From the NCBI GenBank assembly GCA_973895155.1, contig OZ316899.1, positions 7,195,241 to 7,259,240 of the forward strand: 64,000 nt of DNA, in the 5' to 3' direction. The notes under the pieces are model-generated. The model was not told the DNA's origin. It searched no databases and saw only the letters and a list, made by a program, of their open reading frames with translations. Both the position numbers and the translations under genes were made by a program. The stretch's first letter is position 1. Each line of letters begins with the position of its first letter. This document shows, piece after piece, positions 37,274 to 51,800 of the stretch. The stretch is from Marsupella aquatica (lineage: Eukaryota; Plantae; Marchantiophyta).

Positions 37274-37954
37274 TATGGGTTCACCCAAGTGAGTTGGCCA
37301 ATCGTACAAAAATGATTCTTAGAGTTCCATGGGACTGAAGTCAAGGACATCACTCCACAAACTACACATGTTGTTGCAGGGACATGGCTGGATGTGATGA
37401 ACAAGTGGTCATGGTCCTTCATTGATTCTGCTATTACCAACCAAGGTCTAAAAGTAGTTGAAGTCTCTTGGCTTACCAATTTTGTTAGACATAGGTGTGT
37501 ACAGGGTACTGAGCAATATGAGTTGTGGGAGAGTGAGGAGGCCACTACAGAGGCTTTGGCTGAAAAGGAAGAGTATGAATCAGTGGCAAACAAACCCAAG
37601 CTTGCTTTTGTCCAAAATGGACCTGTTGTCAAAATAGGACACCATCCTATGGTTGTTGATGCTATATTGAATGAGCAGGGCAAGGAGAGAAATAGCATTA
37701 TGAAGGGGTTCAGTGTGGTATTTGCAGAAGAGGGAATTGGGGAGACTAAGTGCAGACTGTACAAGTCCATAGTTGTTGAGCTAGGTGGGACAGTGGAGAC
37801 GAGTCTAACAGAAACCTCCACTCATGTTGTAGGTCTGTCATACATGAAAATATGCAGAAAATGCTTTAAGACAATAGTGCATCATTTTGTCATGAACAAC
37901 AATCTTTGGGTGCTTTCCCTTGATTGGCTTCAACAAACACCCTCAAACATTTAG
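37274..37954 (+). pseudogene. Tandem BRCT-domain ORF
   Basis: Two repeats: FHGTEVKDITPQTTHVV..VVEVSWLTN and KGFSVVF..LGGTVETSLTETSTHVV..VLSLDWL; stops in the first repeat. Confidence 0.65.
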
Positions 37955-38140
37955 GACTTTTGTCTCATTCACTTAAGAATAGGTACATGACTCAGCCACC
38001 TATATTTTTTGATTTCTTGATTTTTTGGAACGTTATGCTGAGTCTTCTGGCAAGTACAGTCGGGGGTGAAATCCTTAACAAGGAGTGTATTTTTCACTTG
38101 CATAATAAAATGACAGGGCATTGAGTGCGTGTGTATAGTG

Positions 38141-41100
38141 ATGGCTCCAAGGTTGCCTCTTCACAACCCATTTAGGATTAGGCATCATGATTCTAAATTG
38201 TGGATGCGTGAACAAGCCCGGGCCGCCCAAGGTAGGAGTAGGAGGATGAGATGCCCATGCACACAGTGCCAAGGATTCAAGTTGTTGAGTTTGAACACTG
38301 TGCACCTTCACCTACTGCGGCATGAAAGGCACCCTCGGTGGAGGGTTTGGCATGTACCAGCAGAGGACAATGAACCGCAGCCACACATTGGACACGGCCC
38401 ACCTGAACCTGACTTGACATTGGGGAAGGTGCAGAAGAGAGGGAGTGGGTGTTTGGGGGCCCAAAACACATCAAAGAAGCTTGCATTCCTATCTACGAGG
38501 GGTCGAACTGCTCCAAGCTGGGTTTTGTCGTGTTGTTGTTGAACATTTGTGGCAATCACAATGTTCCCAATATATTTGTGATAGAGTTGTTGACCTTCCT
38601 GCGCCAAAATGTGTTACCAGATGGTAATTCAATTCCAAAAAATATGTACGAGGCTAGGAAATTGATGTCTAACCTTGGGCTGAACTATGTGTCTATCGTC
38701 ACATGCCCTGATTGGTGTGTTCTCTTTTGCAAAGAGCATGCAGATAAATTGACATGCCCTCATTATGGTAAGCACAGGTACAAGAATGTAGGGAAATGTA
38801 CACACCCTACCAAGGTTCTTCGTCATTTTCCTCTCATTCCTAGACTACAACTTCTGTTTAGATGCCCTGCCATTTCCAAGCTAATGACATGGACTCCTAA
38901 TAACAAGAGCAGTGATGGCCTGCAGCGTCACAATGGAGATTCCAACCATTGGAAATTTGTTGATGAGAGGTGGCCACAGTTTGCTGCAGAGAAGCGGAGC
39001 TTTTGATTTGGTCTATCACTGGATGGAGTAAACCCATTTGGAGACAAAAACAACCATTATCCATGTTGGTCGGTTACGCTGCTAAATTACAACCTTCCCC
39101 ATGGATGACTACAAAGAGGTTTTTTGTGATGATGGTGCTACTAATCCCTGGACCAGCTTTTGTGACCGAGCAATTCATAGATATCATGTTGGCTCCAGCA
39201 GTGGAGGAGTGGAAGACTTTGTGGATAGAAGGGGTGTTAACTCATGATATTCTGAAGGGGCTTCTTCGACCTAGCCCCTTTAGACTGCATGCAATTTGTT
39301 TGCTGGATATAGCAGATTACCCAGGCCATGGCATCATATCTGGACGAGTGACAAAGGGCTATGTGGGGTGCACACCATGTGGGAAAAATGTGACAAGTGA
39401 GTGGTTGCATGCCCTACACAGTATGAAATTTCAGGGGCATAGAAGGTATCTGCCTGTTGATCATCCTTACAGGCATAGACGGTCTCAAATTGCACACTTC
39501 AACAACAAAACAGAGCTTCATGGCCCACCACAGAGGGTCACCAGAGAACAAGTACTGAGGTGGGCAGCCCGAGGGGCAGCCAAGAAGGCTGATTGGGACA
39601 AAAGAGGTGCCACGGTAGAAGAACCTGAGGATCCAATGGTGAAACACGGTGTGAAAAGACAGACCTTGATGGACTTGGAGTTGGAGTACTGGAGGGTAAT
39701 GTACTTAGCCTCCAGCCCCTGCATGATTGCAATTTTAGATTGGAGCAATGGTGGATTGATGTTAGTTACAAACCTCCTATTTGGTTAATTAGTGTTTCTG
39801 TCGTTGAATTCTTTGCTTTGTGGAGTGCAAGAATTCAAGCCCAGCAAACACAATGTGGATGTCATGCACATTGAGAAAACTATTTGCGAGAGCTTGCTGA
39901 CGTTCTTGTCGAGTGAGAAAGATACAGAATTAAGCAGTTCAAGCTGATATGCAACAGGAGGGCATACGCCCTCACCTCTGGTTGAAGCCCCATGCAAGCA
40001 ATCCCAATGTACTTCTCAAGTTCCAAGCTCCCTACGTGTGCACACAGGAAGAATGGAAGACATTCTTGTATAGATTGAGTTGTCTGAAAGTGCCCTCTGG
40101 CTATGCTGGTGCCTTCAAAAAGCATATTACAAAGAATAAACTTGGTAGTATGAAAACACATGACTACCATGTGCTGATGCGGCACATTTTGCCCCTATGC
40201 CTCAGAGGTCTCATGCAAAAACCAGTCCGTAATGTCATTCTTCGACTCTGCAATGTATTCCGCCGTATATGTGTGTAAGTGTGGGATCCCCAAGGATTGG
40301 AGCAGTTGAAGCAGGATGTTGCTTATGTCCTTTGTGACTTGGAGATATACTTCCCCCTGCTTTCTTTGATGTTATGACTCATCTCCTAATCCATGGGTAG
40401 AAGAGCTAGGCCAGTATGGGCCAGTTAGTACCAGATGGATGTACCCTATGGAGCAATACATGAAGTTGTTGAAAGGTCATGTGAGAACATACTACAGGCC
40501 AAAGGCTTCCATGGCATTGGGTACATTAAGGATGAGACGCTAGGGTTCCTAATAGAGTACATGGTTGGGTCTGGTGAAAATGATGGCATGGAGTGAGTGG
40601 CAAGATTGTTGAAGGTGTGGGACATGCTGTGCAACTGTCTGTTGCGATTCAAGACAAGGCTCATTCATATGTGCTGGCGAACACAGAGCCTATGCAACCA
40701 TGGTGGCAGTGAGTGATTGAATTGACTTGCCTTTGTTGTGATGCTTCTTCTCTATTCCAAGCGTGATCTTAGGTTGTCATGTGTTGTTTAGACCTAACTA
40801 TGCCTGTACCTCATATTGCAGGGAATATGATATGCAAAAAGCTGCACACTCTGGACAACAGGATCCCTTCCCACAGTTCGAGCAGTGGATTTGGGTGGCA
40901 ATTCGAGAGCATAGTAGACATCACCCAAATATGGAGAAGGATTTGTATCTTCTATTTGTGCCACCGCAATTTCTATGCTGACCTACAAACGGATGAGAGC
41001 TTACGGAAATCATTATCGAGTGAGGGATGAGCAAGGTGACCATTGTGTATCATATGATTGTGGTTTGATAACTGTGTTTGAGCAGAGAACCTCTGAAGAA

Positions 41101-41581
41101 CAGAGGGGGTGGATGAAGATGGGTTACATGGGGGAGTTGACAGACATTTGGGTCTTGAATTATGGTAACACAAGTGTCCTTGTAATATTGATGAAGGGAG
41201 CATGGATGAAATCAGAATGGTAGAGGCCAAGGGCCACCATGAAGCGTGATCCTGATGGGTTCTTGTTGGCCAATATATTTTAGGTCCAGAGTACCAGAAT
41301 GGTCTGAGCCTTTTGTTTTCCCTAGCCAAGTTGAACAGGCTTTCTTTCTAGATGTGGAGGGGTCACATGACTGGAGGGTGGTATGCCATAGCCAAGCACG
41401 GAACAGGCGGATGGATGGAAGTAAAGTAGAGTTCAGTTTGGACAACCATGTTGCATTCGAGCATCCTAGTCAGGAGACTGTACTTCCAACTCGGGCAGGG
41501 ACCGACTACATCCCGTTAACATTGAGAGAGACATATGAACCTGGGGAGATGGAATATGATGAGGTTGATGATGTGCAATAG
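38141..41581 (+). pseudogene. CACTA #2 transposase (transposase-associated CPC..C domain, Transposase_21, DUF4218, DUF4216), degenerate
   Basis: RCPCTQC..VHLHL; CPDWCVLF; DGVNPFG; ADYPG; MHIEK; MKTHDYH; EPFVFPSQVEQAFF; many frameshifts. Confidence 0.9.
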
Positions 41582-41763
41582 GCAACAGCTGGTGATTGAC
41601 AAGTATGAGGTTGAGGATGACTACCTGCACAGAGTCACAGAACGGGAATTGCTTCCTAGAATGATGTTTTAGGATAGTTGGATATGCATGAAATTGATTC
41701 ATACTTTGAATTTAGTGTGTTGATTGATTGTCCCTGTTTGGTTGTGGATGTTGTGTAGAAGCT

Positions 41764-44700
41764 ATGGGGGAAGAGGATGATGACATGGAGACTGACATGG
41801 GGCTTGGAGAGTGGGGTGAAGAGGAAAGATTGGATATGGGTGGAGACCCAAATGCAGGGGGCTCACAGAAAAATGCACCTATGCAGGATGCACAGGGCCC
41901 ACGTCAAGTGCCAGGTAGGTGGGCAGCCAAAGAGAAATCACATAATCCATACCCTAGAAGGAGCCAGAGTTATTGGCAAGGGACGCCTGATGATAGGCAA
42001 TATGATGATGACTACAATGGAGCAGAAGACGGATAGGATGAATATGAACACCCAGAGCGTGGTAGAGATGGGTACAGAGGACAATGGCAAGATGATGAGG
42101 ATGATTGGACAAGTAAGTGCCTTGTGCTTGTGATTTTGTGATGTTAGTAGAGATTGTAGCTCAATATGGACTAATCTTATGTCTGGGGCAAAGAGTTTAT
42201 CTTACAGGTCCATGAGTGTGGCATGTGCAGACTCTGATTGGGACAATCATGAAAACAACAAAGGCCATCCATGTTCAGATAGGAGGCAATCATTCACAGG
42301 CGGGAGAAACCGCCCTAATTCATCAAGACAAGGCAATTGGACAGGTGGTCGAGAACCATCTATGCGCCCAGGGAGAGGTACTTGGTCATTGCAGCATTGT
42401 TGTTCAGTATGTTCAGTGTATAGCATGGCAGCAATATTGTTGCTTCATACTTAAAAAACGGATCCTGTAAATGTCCAGGGACTCCAGGGAGGTTTGGACA
42501 ATGCAATCCAGGCCGTGGGGGGAGAGCAGGCCGTGGGGGGACTCCAGGCCGTGGAGGGACACCAGGCCTGGAGGGACACCCAATAGCGCTTTGGGGAGTA
42601 CCAAGGGAGGAGACAATAACAAATTTGGTAAAGTAGAAGTGAATTCTGATGGTTGGATAACTCCCACATGTGATGGCAAGAACCGTTGGCATTCTGACTT
42701 GAGAGGAGAAGTATTGCGCTGGTTATATTTGAGCATTACAGAGTTTAGAAGTCAGAACAAAGCCGATTGGGCTGCTATTTTCAAGGACATTCTTGAACGG
42801 TGGGACTATGTTGGTAATGATAGTAAGGGCCCAGTTGAAGATTGCATATCAGATTATGCAATGAGGATTTTGAAACAAGAGAGACATAGGTTGAAAAAGA
42901 TGTGGATAGACAATGGTTCTAACAGGAGAATGCCAGCACCCCCATCACTGGAACTGGATCAATGGACACGGTTAATCAAAGGGTTCATGTCGGAGGTTGG
43001 GCAGAGCAAGAGTGAACTGCTATCAAATGCTTGAGGCAAAGTGAAACACCTTTCACAGACTGGGAGAGGAAGTTATGCTCCAGTGAAAGAACAACTGGTA
43101 AGGCAGTGACATGTTTGATAGTAAACCTCTAACTTATCATCTTGTACCATTATTACATTTTCATTGACAATCAACACTTGGTTTCATTGACATGTATGTT
43201 GATGTGGCATGCAGAAGAAATTGACAGGTGAAGAACCATCAGCACAAGAAGTGAGAGAGGAGTTCATGAAACAAAGGAGTGAGGTGACAAGTGTCAATTC
43301 CAAACAGGTGATTATGACAGTTATATGAGATATGTGCCTTGGTGTAATGTCAGGGAACTGTTACAACTCTGACAGAGATGTGTGAACGGTTGAAGTCATT
43401 AGAGTGTGGACTCCCTCGAGTGGAAAGTAAATTGGGTGATCGCTTGGATATTGTGGAGGCATCTATAGCAAACCTTCTTGCATCAGTGGAATCTAATTTC
43501 AAGCTTGTAATTGAAAAATTGGGTGGTTCCCAACCGCACAGTGAGGGCAACCTTGTACAAAGTGTGTCTTTGTTCACAAAAAAGGGAATTGGCAAATCTG
43601 ACACAGGTATCGAAATGACACCTATATTGTTCATTGTGCCATGAGATGGAAATGTTACAACTAGGTTTTCATGAATGGTTTGAATGCAAGAACAGCGGAA
43701 GCATTGAAGGCAGATGTTTTTTGTAAGCAGAAGGGCAAGAAGGTTCTTGAGACTGGTAATATGCTATGATTCAATAGTTTACATTTAAAAAGTGCATGAA
43801 GTTTGGTCAAGCTTAAGTTACAGTGAAAGGTAATCTTTACTGTGTCACCTTGGTTGGATGAACAAAATTTGAAGTGACATTATGATTGATGTATTAGGTG
43901 ATTCAAAGACAAATAATGAAAAAGATGTGCCCAGTGCCTCAGTGTCCATAGCCAACCTGGAGGTATTAGGTACGCTTATGCTTTAAATTCCTGTATATGA
44001 ATGTTGTGAGACAATTCATTGGTTAACAGATTCAACCTGAATATTGTGGTGTGTTTATTTTTATTCATTTAGGATCAGCAGAAGCAGACATGGAGGATGT
44101 GGCAATGGCAAAGAAGGGGAAGAATGTTGTTCATATTGGTAAGGTGATAGTGACAAGTTTGTGGTTGGTGACATTACATTTAGCACATATGATTAGTGAT
44201 TGACTTATGCACTGAACAATGCACTGAATTCTAGTTGATGCAGAGTTGACAGACTCTCAACCAAGTGGGAGCAGGGTGAAGCGATGCCAAAACTTGGGAG
44301 CAACATTGGATGCAAGTAACATTGTACATGCTTTAATTGAAGCAAGTACAATGTTTGCATATACTCAGATGATGTCGCAGGGAAATCCTGCTACACAATT
44401 GGAAGTGTCAAATATGGATGCAGATTCTTTGAAGAAGAGTGTCCCCGATTCTCGATCACCAGCACAAAACACTTGTGCCAAAGTATGACTCGCAATCAAG
44501 GTATGAACAATGTCATGTATAAGCCACCCAGAAAAGCCAAGAAAAACAGCCAGGGTAAAGTGGAGGTGATGGTCACAGCAGAGCCAGTCCATAATCTTCT
44601 ATCATGGGAGGATGACTCACAGGTATGTGTGGGTACAGGCATTTTACGACCGGATCATGCTAAATTCCATGGCAAAGTGGTCCCGGATGACCATGTAGTA

Positions 44701-44841
44701 GTGTTATTGACTACAGTGATTGTATCTGATTGTAATTTGCCATTTCCAAATAGAGCAGATGATCCACCTCAGGAAGTAATTGCAAATGCAATAGGATCTC
44801 TTGTGCTTTGGCCATCAGAGTGTGTTTGTCTCCCGTATTGA
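41764..44841 (+). pseudogene. CACTA TnpA-like accessory gene (multi-exon)
   Basis: Acidic low-complexity N-terminus, SRPWG(D/E) repeats, W..L.G..RW..PP..QW..L central region, C-terminal HGK..P.DHV.V....LPFP..IGSLVLWP typical of En/Spm TnpA/Tnp1-like proteins. Confidence 0.6.
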
Positions 44842-44879
44842 AAGAATCATGTGAATTGTGTTACATTTTCCTTAAATTC

Positions 44880-45360
44880 ATTTTATTTGTATAGATTTGG
44901 GCCACGAAAGCCCCGTAGCAAGGGGTACAAGCAAAATCAGCAGCATCGCCAAAGTGAAAACAAGCCAAAGTGAACACAAGTATTCCAAAGAGCACACAAA
45001 GCATGTAACTCAATTCCCAGAATCCTGTCGGGGCCAGCCCGTCTACATATTATAATGCTCTCATCCACCACAATACATCGTCATCAAACAAACTCAACTG
45101 CTAGCCTAAAGTGATCCATATATCCCTCCCAATTGATCCATAGTACCTTTCCCTATTTACCATTTCCTTGGCCCTGAGCAGCCTCGTATGTCTATTGCTA
45201 GCCGGTAAGGTGAGTATCACCGCAGCAACATGATCCACCACTTCAGAGAGCATGAAGCGTAGATCCATCTTCCTGGTTCCCTCAAACTTGAACATGTGCT
45301 CATTCCTGCCATTCCACAGCGTCCAGAGAATCTGGTATAGCATAAACAGTTTCACTACTT
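44880..45360 (-). mobile_element. L1-type LINE 3' fragment
   Basis: ILWTLWNGRNEHMF matches the plant L1 ORF2 C-terminal W.IW..RN..F motif. A second (TTTA)n tail at 45361-45385 suggests another retroposon 3' end. Confidence 0.55.
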
Positions 45361-45819
45361 CTTTTTATTTATTTATTTATTTATAAATTTCATCTTTATT
45401 CCGCGTGAACCCCACGGATGAGGGAACCAGCAGGCCCAAGGCAAAAGGGCCACAAGGCCAAAAAGGACAACAACAGATGTATCCCTGCATACCAGAGGGG
45501 AACAACACCACAAGACCAATCCCGAGCCAGTTGAGGAGCTAAGCAATGATCCTAATTCTCCATGCTACACTGTTCAGCCGAATCAGCACATGATTAAATC
45601 ATCAGATGAACCACAAAGCATCAAAGTATCTAAATGGGTCACTACATTTAGTGAAGATCATTCACCGTCATGATCCTATCAGATTCACTGGTCATTGGGA
45701 TGTTAGTTTCTGTACCCTACCCCTAAGTAGCCTATGTTGCTCTGCCTCCACCATAGTCCTAGTCTGGGAAAGCCGCCCAATCTTACGACCAGAACAAGAC
45801 TAAGCTGCCACAACCGACA

Positions 45820-48194
45820 GGTCCTCCCCATGCTAAGTCCTCCCCATGATAAGTCCTCCCCGGATAGCCTATCCAGGCCTGGGCCATAAGGGAGCTCGGC
45901 ATTGGAGTCAGCAACGCCGGAGCTAAGTGTTAAGGTAGTTGAGTTTTTGTGACTTGCACCCCCCCTTAAAAATGGTCACGTTCCAGACTTAGGAAATTCC
46001 AACCTATCCCACTTATCCAAGTAGGATGCTAGTCCAAGCGGGTAAGCTAACTCCAAAATCATCGGACCGTTTGTTCTCCCCTTGGGGTACTCCCCTTTAG
46101 TTTGAACCACCCCGCCCACAGATGTGAGGCGGGCAGCATCAACTTCCACTCGCAAAAAGCAAATCGGCCGCCCAACAACCTCTAGCACCCACACAATCCA
46201 ACTTTATTCTCAAGAGGCCGGGAGGAGTGAAACTAGGATACAACTCACAAAGGTAGCTACAGCTACCTATACCAGTTCACAATAGGGGAAGGCCGCTTCG
46301 CTTACGATAGCTTCCAAGGATCTTTGGGGCATTACCCAAAATTTCTCCTGGTTCCCAAGTACTTTTGGCCTGATCATAGCCAGCCCACTTCACCAAATAC
46401 TCTAAGATTTGCCTTCCTAGCTTGCGTTTGTAACAGTGGTCCAGAATTGCCTCCACCTCAAACTCCTCAGCGTCCTCCACTAGCATGGCGTCTGGGCGCA
46501 AGACTTGATCCCGGTTGGGATCATTGTCTTTGACAAATTTCTTGAGCTAGCTAACATGGTAGCTTTTGCCTATGCCCATTTCCTTGGGTGTCTCCAACAC
46601 CACCAAAACTAGATTATCCTTGTGGGCCCCTCATATGATGCAATAGGGCCCCGCATATCTAGGAGCCAGCTTCCTACTTATGTTCCCGATGTATTGCTCA
46701 GGACTCAACTCCAACCAGACGCTCTCCCCAATTTCAAAGCTTACCTAGCATTGATGTTTATCCCCTTGCTCCTTGTACCAACTTTGGGCAAGGGTCATAC
46801 CCTTGGTAGCCGCTTCCACATCTAGGCGCCACTCTCAAATAAAATTGTCCGCTGAAGGAACCTTGATTTTTGTTTGCCAAGCTTCCGGATTTATGAACCA
46901 GGAGGGCGCCCTTGGCGACCTCCCTATGGCCAACACAAATGGCGCAAACCCCGTTGCTGAATGCTTGGTCAAGTTATACCTAAACTCGGCCATTGTTAAG
47001 TGCTTTGCCCAATCCTTTTGATTGGCCGTCACAAAGTGACGCAAGTAGTCCTCCACGATACAATTCACCCATTCCGTTTTGGCTGTCCGTCTCATGATGA
47101 TACGCTGATCCCCTAGTAAGGTCTATTCCGGATAACCGGAACAACGCCTTCCAAAAATGGCCTATGAACTTGGTATCACGGTTGGACACGATATGCAACG
47201 GCAATCCCCATTGTTGGAAAACATTGTCAAACACTAGACCGGCAACCTCTCGGGCCAAAACCAATTTTGTAGTTGGCAAGAAATACGCCATCTTGGAAAA
47301 ACAATCCACAATTGTTAAGATGGAGTTACTGTCGTGGGACTCAGGTAACCCCACAATGAAGTGCATAGAGATGGACTCCCATGGAGCCGCGGCTACTAGT
47401 AAGGGTTGCGAAGGTCCTCCTTTTGCCCTATAGACTGTCCAGTTCTTTTGGCACGAGTAACAACTTTGCATGTGGCAAAGAACCAATTGCTTCATGTCTG
47501 GCCAATACACATCTTGTGATATATTGCGATACATAGCAGCTTGTCTGCCATGCCCTCCCCAGGGAGAGTTGTGGTACTTTTGCAAAACCTCTAGTCTTAG
47601 AGACTCTGGGATTTACACACACGTCTGCTTGTATTGCCATAACTAGACATTATGTGCGATATCCAACCCCAATGACATGTACCTCACCTTGCCTTGGCTA
47701 CCCCTGTTGCTTTGCCATTCCTTGGCTAACATGTCATCCCCATACGCCTCAGCCAGAACCTTTGGCCACTTGGATTCGAGCATCGTGATCCCATTGACAC
47801 GATGATGGTCCCTACGCGATAACGCGTCAGCTGTAGTGTTTGTCTTCCCCAGAACGTGACAGACTTCAAAATCAAAATCCACCAAGAACATCTGCCAATG
47901 CATTTCTTTTGGGGTTCAGCCTTGGCTTAGAACCAAAGTACCATGCCGGCAAACTATCTGTGTGAATTACCATTTTGGGACCGTTCTTAAGGTAAATCTC
48001 CCACTTCTTCAATGCATAGATCATAGTATACATTTCTCTTTCCGGTGTGATCCAATGATTTTCCAACTTACATGACTCAAAGGCCACAGGACGCCCACCT
48101 TGGTGAAGACAGGCGCCAATGGCATAATCACTTGGGTCTGTGCAAATCTCGAACGGCTTCCCCATCTTAGGTAACTTTAGAACCGGCCTTTGGC
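45820..48194 (-). mobile_element. Chromovirus (Gypsy) 3' part: RNase H, integrase, chromodomain, PPT, 3' LTR start
   Basis: CTDPSDYAIGA..RPVAFES; PWESISMHFIVGLP; chromodomain EFEVEAILDH..EYLVKWAGY..STWEP (46277-46501); PPT AAGGGGGGG; degenerate. Confidence 0.9.
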
Positions 48195-48868
48195 TGCGTA
48201 GTAGCCTCCTTAACTAGGTGGAGATGAATAGAAGAAACATTCATGTCCACCCTTGAAGTCTTTCCACCATTGCTTTGCCAATACACACGGAGACAACCAC
48301 TACACCTTACTTACTTTTAGAAATTCTTTCTTGTTAAACATCATAATAACACCAACTGTTTTACTCATCCAATTCCTTCATATACATAATTGGTTGTCTA
48401 GGTGGTTGGTTGTATAACCGTCATGGGTTAGGGGTTTAGTCCTAACCTTAGGTAGACTTGTTCTAGGGGTTGCAACACTCCCCCTTGGATACATCTTTGT
48501 TATAGAAAAGATGTAGACATTTAAAGTCTACCTTGACTATCTATTGGGAAATTGAGTGGTCTTCTAGTTTATTGTATGGTAGGGGTATAATATGGTAAAA
48601 AAGGTGGGGTGTAACCTCATTAAAACCTCCCCTCCTTTCTTGTGGGAGGAAAGAGCGTTACCACCCGTCCCTTAGTTGAGTCGGGTTTGTCTAAGTAAGT
48701 GTAAATGTATAAAATTGTCTTAACCTAAAGGTTATTGGAAATTGTTTGGTAGTGTAAGGTGAGTCGTAGTTTGTAGAGTTGTCGTTGCGGTCGATCAGGT
48801 TGATGCTATGTTGTAGTGGTTTTGGTTGTCACGGAGGTGCTGCATCGATCGTCTTCGTGCATGGTATT

Positions 48869-51800
48869 TGTGATGCCTAGCCAGGAATCACTGGGCTAGT
48901 TTAAGGGGAAAAGGGAAGTGTACCCTAGAAACGCCTTAGTATAGTTACATAAATAAGGAAAATATAAACAATTAATGGTGACTATGGAACCCGAGCCGAG
49001 GCTGGAAGTAAGGACGCCAGGGGAGAGAACACGATTAGGGTTAGGGCACGCTAAGTGCCGGCGGCTAGGGGTAACCAACGGGAGGGAGAACTAGAGGAGG
49101 AGAGGGGTAAGGACCGCTTGCGAGGAATAGTAGCTCATTTGCAAGCACGAACTGAGCAGGCGACTACGGGCGGCCAACTACTGTCAACTGCTTAGGCAAG
49201 CGCTCAGCGTGGGAACAGATACCGACTATCAACTCGAGAAGGGTATGAGCAACGTCAATCAAGCGGCACATTTTTGGGGATGCCTGTTCGAACGGGCAAT
49301 TGAGTACATTGGGACTTACGAGGATGCAGAATCGGAGAGAGCAACTCGAGAACGGTTGGAGCTCGCCCGATTGTGGGAGCTGCAAAAAGCTGCCTTCTTA
49401 GGAGGAGAACTCATCAAGGCTGAATTCCTGTGGACGCCTACTGGCAACGAGCTAGACGACCTGCTGTTTTGCGAAGACAGAGTCATCGGCATCCGAGAAG
49501 CCATCAAACGCTGCAACGACATACACTGGGAGTTGAAGGGTAGCACGGAGGGGTGGACAAAGGCAACCGTGCTAGGAGAGACATCCATGACAGCCGAGAT
49601 GAAGAGGAAGGGGAACAACAACGAAGAGGCCACCCCGGCAAAAAGAACGCGGTCGGCGGCACCAAAGAAGCCAGCAGAACAACAGAGCAGGAGGCAAAGA
49701 GAAGCCGAGGAGGAGGAGGTCGACCCCATCAATGCCATTCCAACAAATGATGACACCTGGAAAGGCTGGGCAGTGACCCTACCGGAGGAAGTGCAATTAC
49801 ACTTTGCACGGGAGGAGGATGCATGCTTTACAGCCATGCAGACCAAGAAGTACCAAGGCTTCATGGCCGGATCCGGCTTGGAAGCCTTCGTAAGATTACC
49901 ATGGCTGAAGCCGGAGGTGCTGGACTCAGACTTGTTAGAATTCGTGGGATCATGGGAACCCGAGACCAATTCCACGAGGGTGTATGGGAAGGATTTCTAT
50001 CTCACTCCCCGGGTGATTGTTGAAGTGTTTGGCTTGCCGATGGGTAATAAGACCAAGGTTGATACCAGGAAGACCTTACCTGACAAGGAGTTTTGGTCAT
50101 TCCCAGGACCATCAACAAAGAATGGCTTCTTCCGGAACACCTGCACCAACCCACACATCGGAGAGATGATCAATTTCTTGCGGGTGACCATGCACTGTAA
50201 CTTGCCGAGGGCAGAGATCGGCAAGGCTCAGGTCTACCTGGCAGAAAGGCCAGACCCAAGCCGGGATTACAATGGGTACCTCCTCAACCAACTGAAGAAG
50301 ATCTTGAAGGAGGAACAATAGGTGATCGGCGTGGGAAGCGTGTCCCGGCTTGGCTATCACATGCCGCTATTGTGCCGGTGCCAGAAGTCAAATCTTTGCC
50401 CCAGTACTTCCCCTATCGACAAGAGCACTAGAGGAGGTCCCGGAGCAGAGGCCGGCACCAGAGAAGCCCAACCAGCCCGATAGTCCGACGATCGAGCAGG
50501 TGTGTAGACCAAGGAAAGAAGACTTGCCGATGGAGCAACCAGGCATGCAGAATCTGCTGAAATTGCTGGAGAAGGAAAGGAGAACGGTTCCGGCAACGGC
50601 AACAGAACCGGCACCGATACAGGACGCTGCCCCAGAAGCCGACCTAAGCCGGCTTACAAGGGAAAACCCCTTTACTGGAGTCAAGGAGAGAGGGAGGCCG
50701 GAACACGAGCCGGGAGTCCGGATGTATGTAGGAGCCTCAAGTCCCGAAACCGAGGAAAAGCAGGTCGTAGCTCCCAGCCACAACAAGGAGAACAAGAGAT
50801 CAACACGGAAGCCGGAGGAGGAACCAAGACCGGTGAGAGGTGAAGCCGTGTTCACAACAAAACCGGGAGAACAGCGGGAGAAGCCGGTAGTCCAAGCCGA
50901 GGAGGAGGCGGTAGAGGACTACAGCAATGATGACTCCGGCTACGGGTCGGATCATCATGTTCCAGGAGTAAGGGTAGTTCGAGGAGACCCAAGCCAGCAG
51001 AGCAGAGCAGCCCCGAGTCTCCCCCACCAGATGTCGCTCCCCCGAGCTTTGACGGCATAAAACAGACGGTGCAGGAATTTGAGGAGCGAATCAGGGAGGA
51101 AGAGGAGGCAGCCCTGGCTAGGGAAAAGGATTTACCAGGAGGAGAATGGCCAGAGGACATCAGGCGGCTTGCAGAAAAACAAAGCAACCCTCTTGCCACC
51201 GTAGAAGAAATCCGCAAGACGGCTTGGGAGCAGAGGCCGCGGTGGTTGATGCCGATGACTTCTAGTTACTCCACCTATGCTAAGGATAGAGCCATGGAGT
51301 ACGGGGAAATGTGTGGAGAGCTGGCGCTCAGCATCTTTGGGGAGGAGTTGGAGCAAGGACCCTTTTTCCAGAGGGAGATGTTGGAGAAGCGCCAATTAGA
51401 AGAAGCGGTGGCTTTGGAAAGAAGCAAGAAGGACGAGGTCATCCGTCGGCTTAGGGCAAGAGAAGACGAAATCAAAGACCTGGGGGCGGCCAAGAAAGCC
51501 CAAGATGAGCTGCGGATTAAGCGTCATGAGCTAAATATCATGCAGGGCCAATTGGATACCGCACAGTCTGATAATCGGATTATCGAGAATAAACTGACTC
51601 GAACCCAAGGAGAGTTGGCCGATGCGATCAAGGAGCGGGAGAAGTGGAAGCAAGAGCTGAGGGATGCAGAGGAGGCCCACATAACGGCCAACAACCAGGC
51701 CATGGCGGAGACCCAGAGAAGGGAAAGGGCATTGAAGGGGGAGCTTGAGGTTATCCGTGGAGCCCTTGAGAAGAAGGAGGCCGAGTTAGGGAAATCCTAT

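Larger units (their letters stand above)
33095..44880 (+). mobile_element. CACTA transposon #2 with cargo ORFs (boundaries uncertain)
   Basis: Candidate 5' end CACTAGAAAAG at 33095; transposase at 38.1-41.6 kb; TnpA-like multi-exon gene at 41.7-44.8 kb; 3' TIR not found (LINE fragments follow). Confidence 0.5.
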
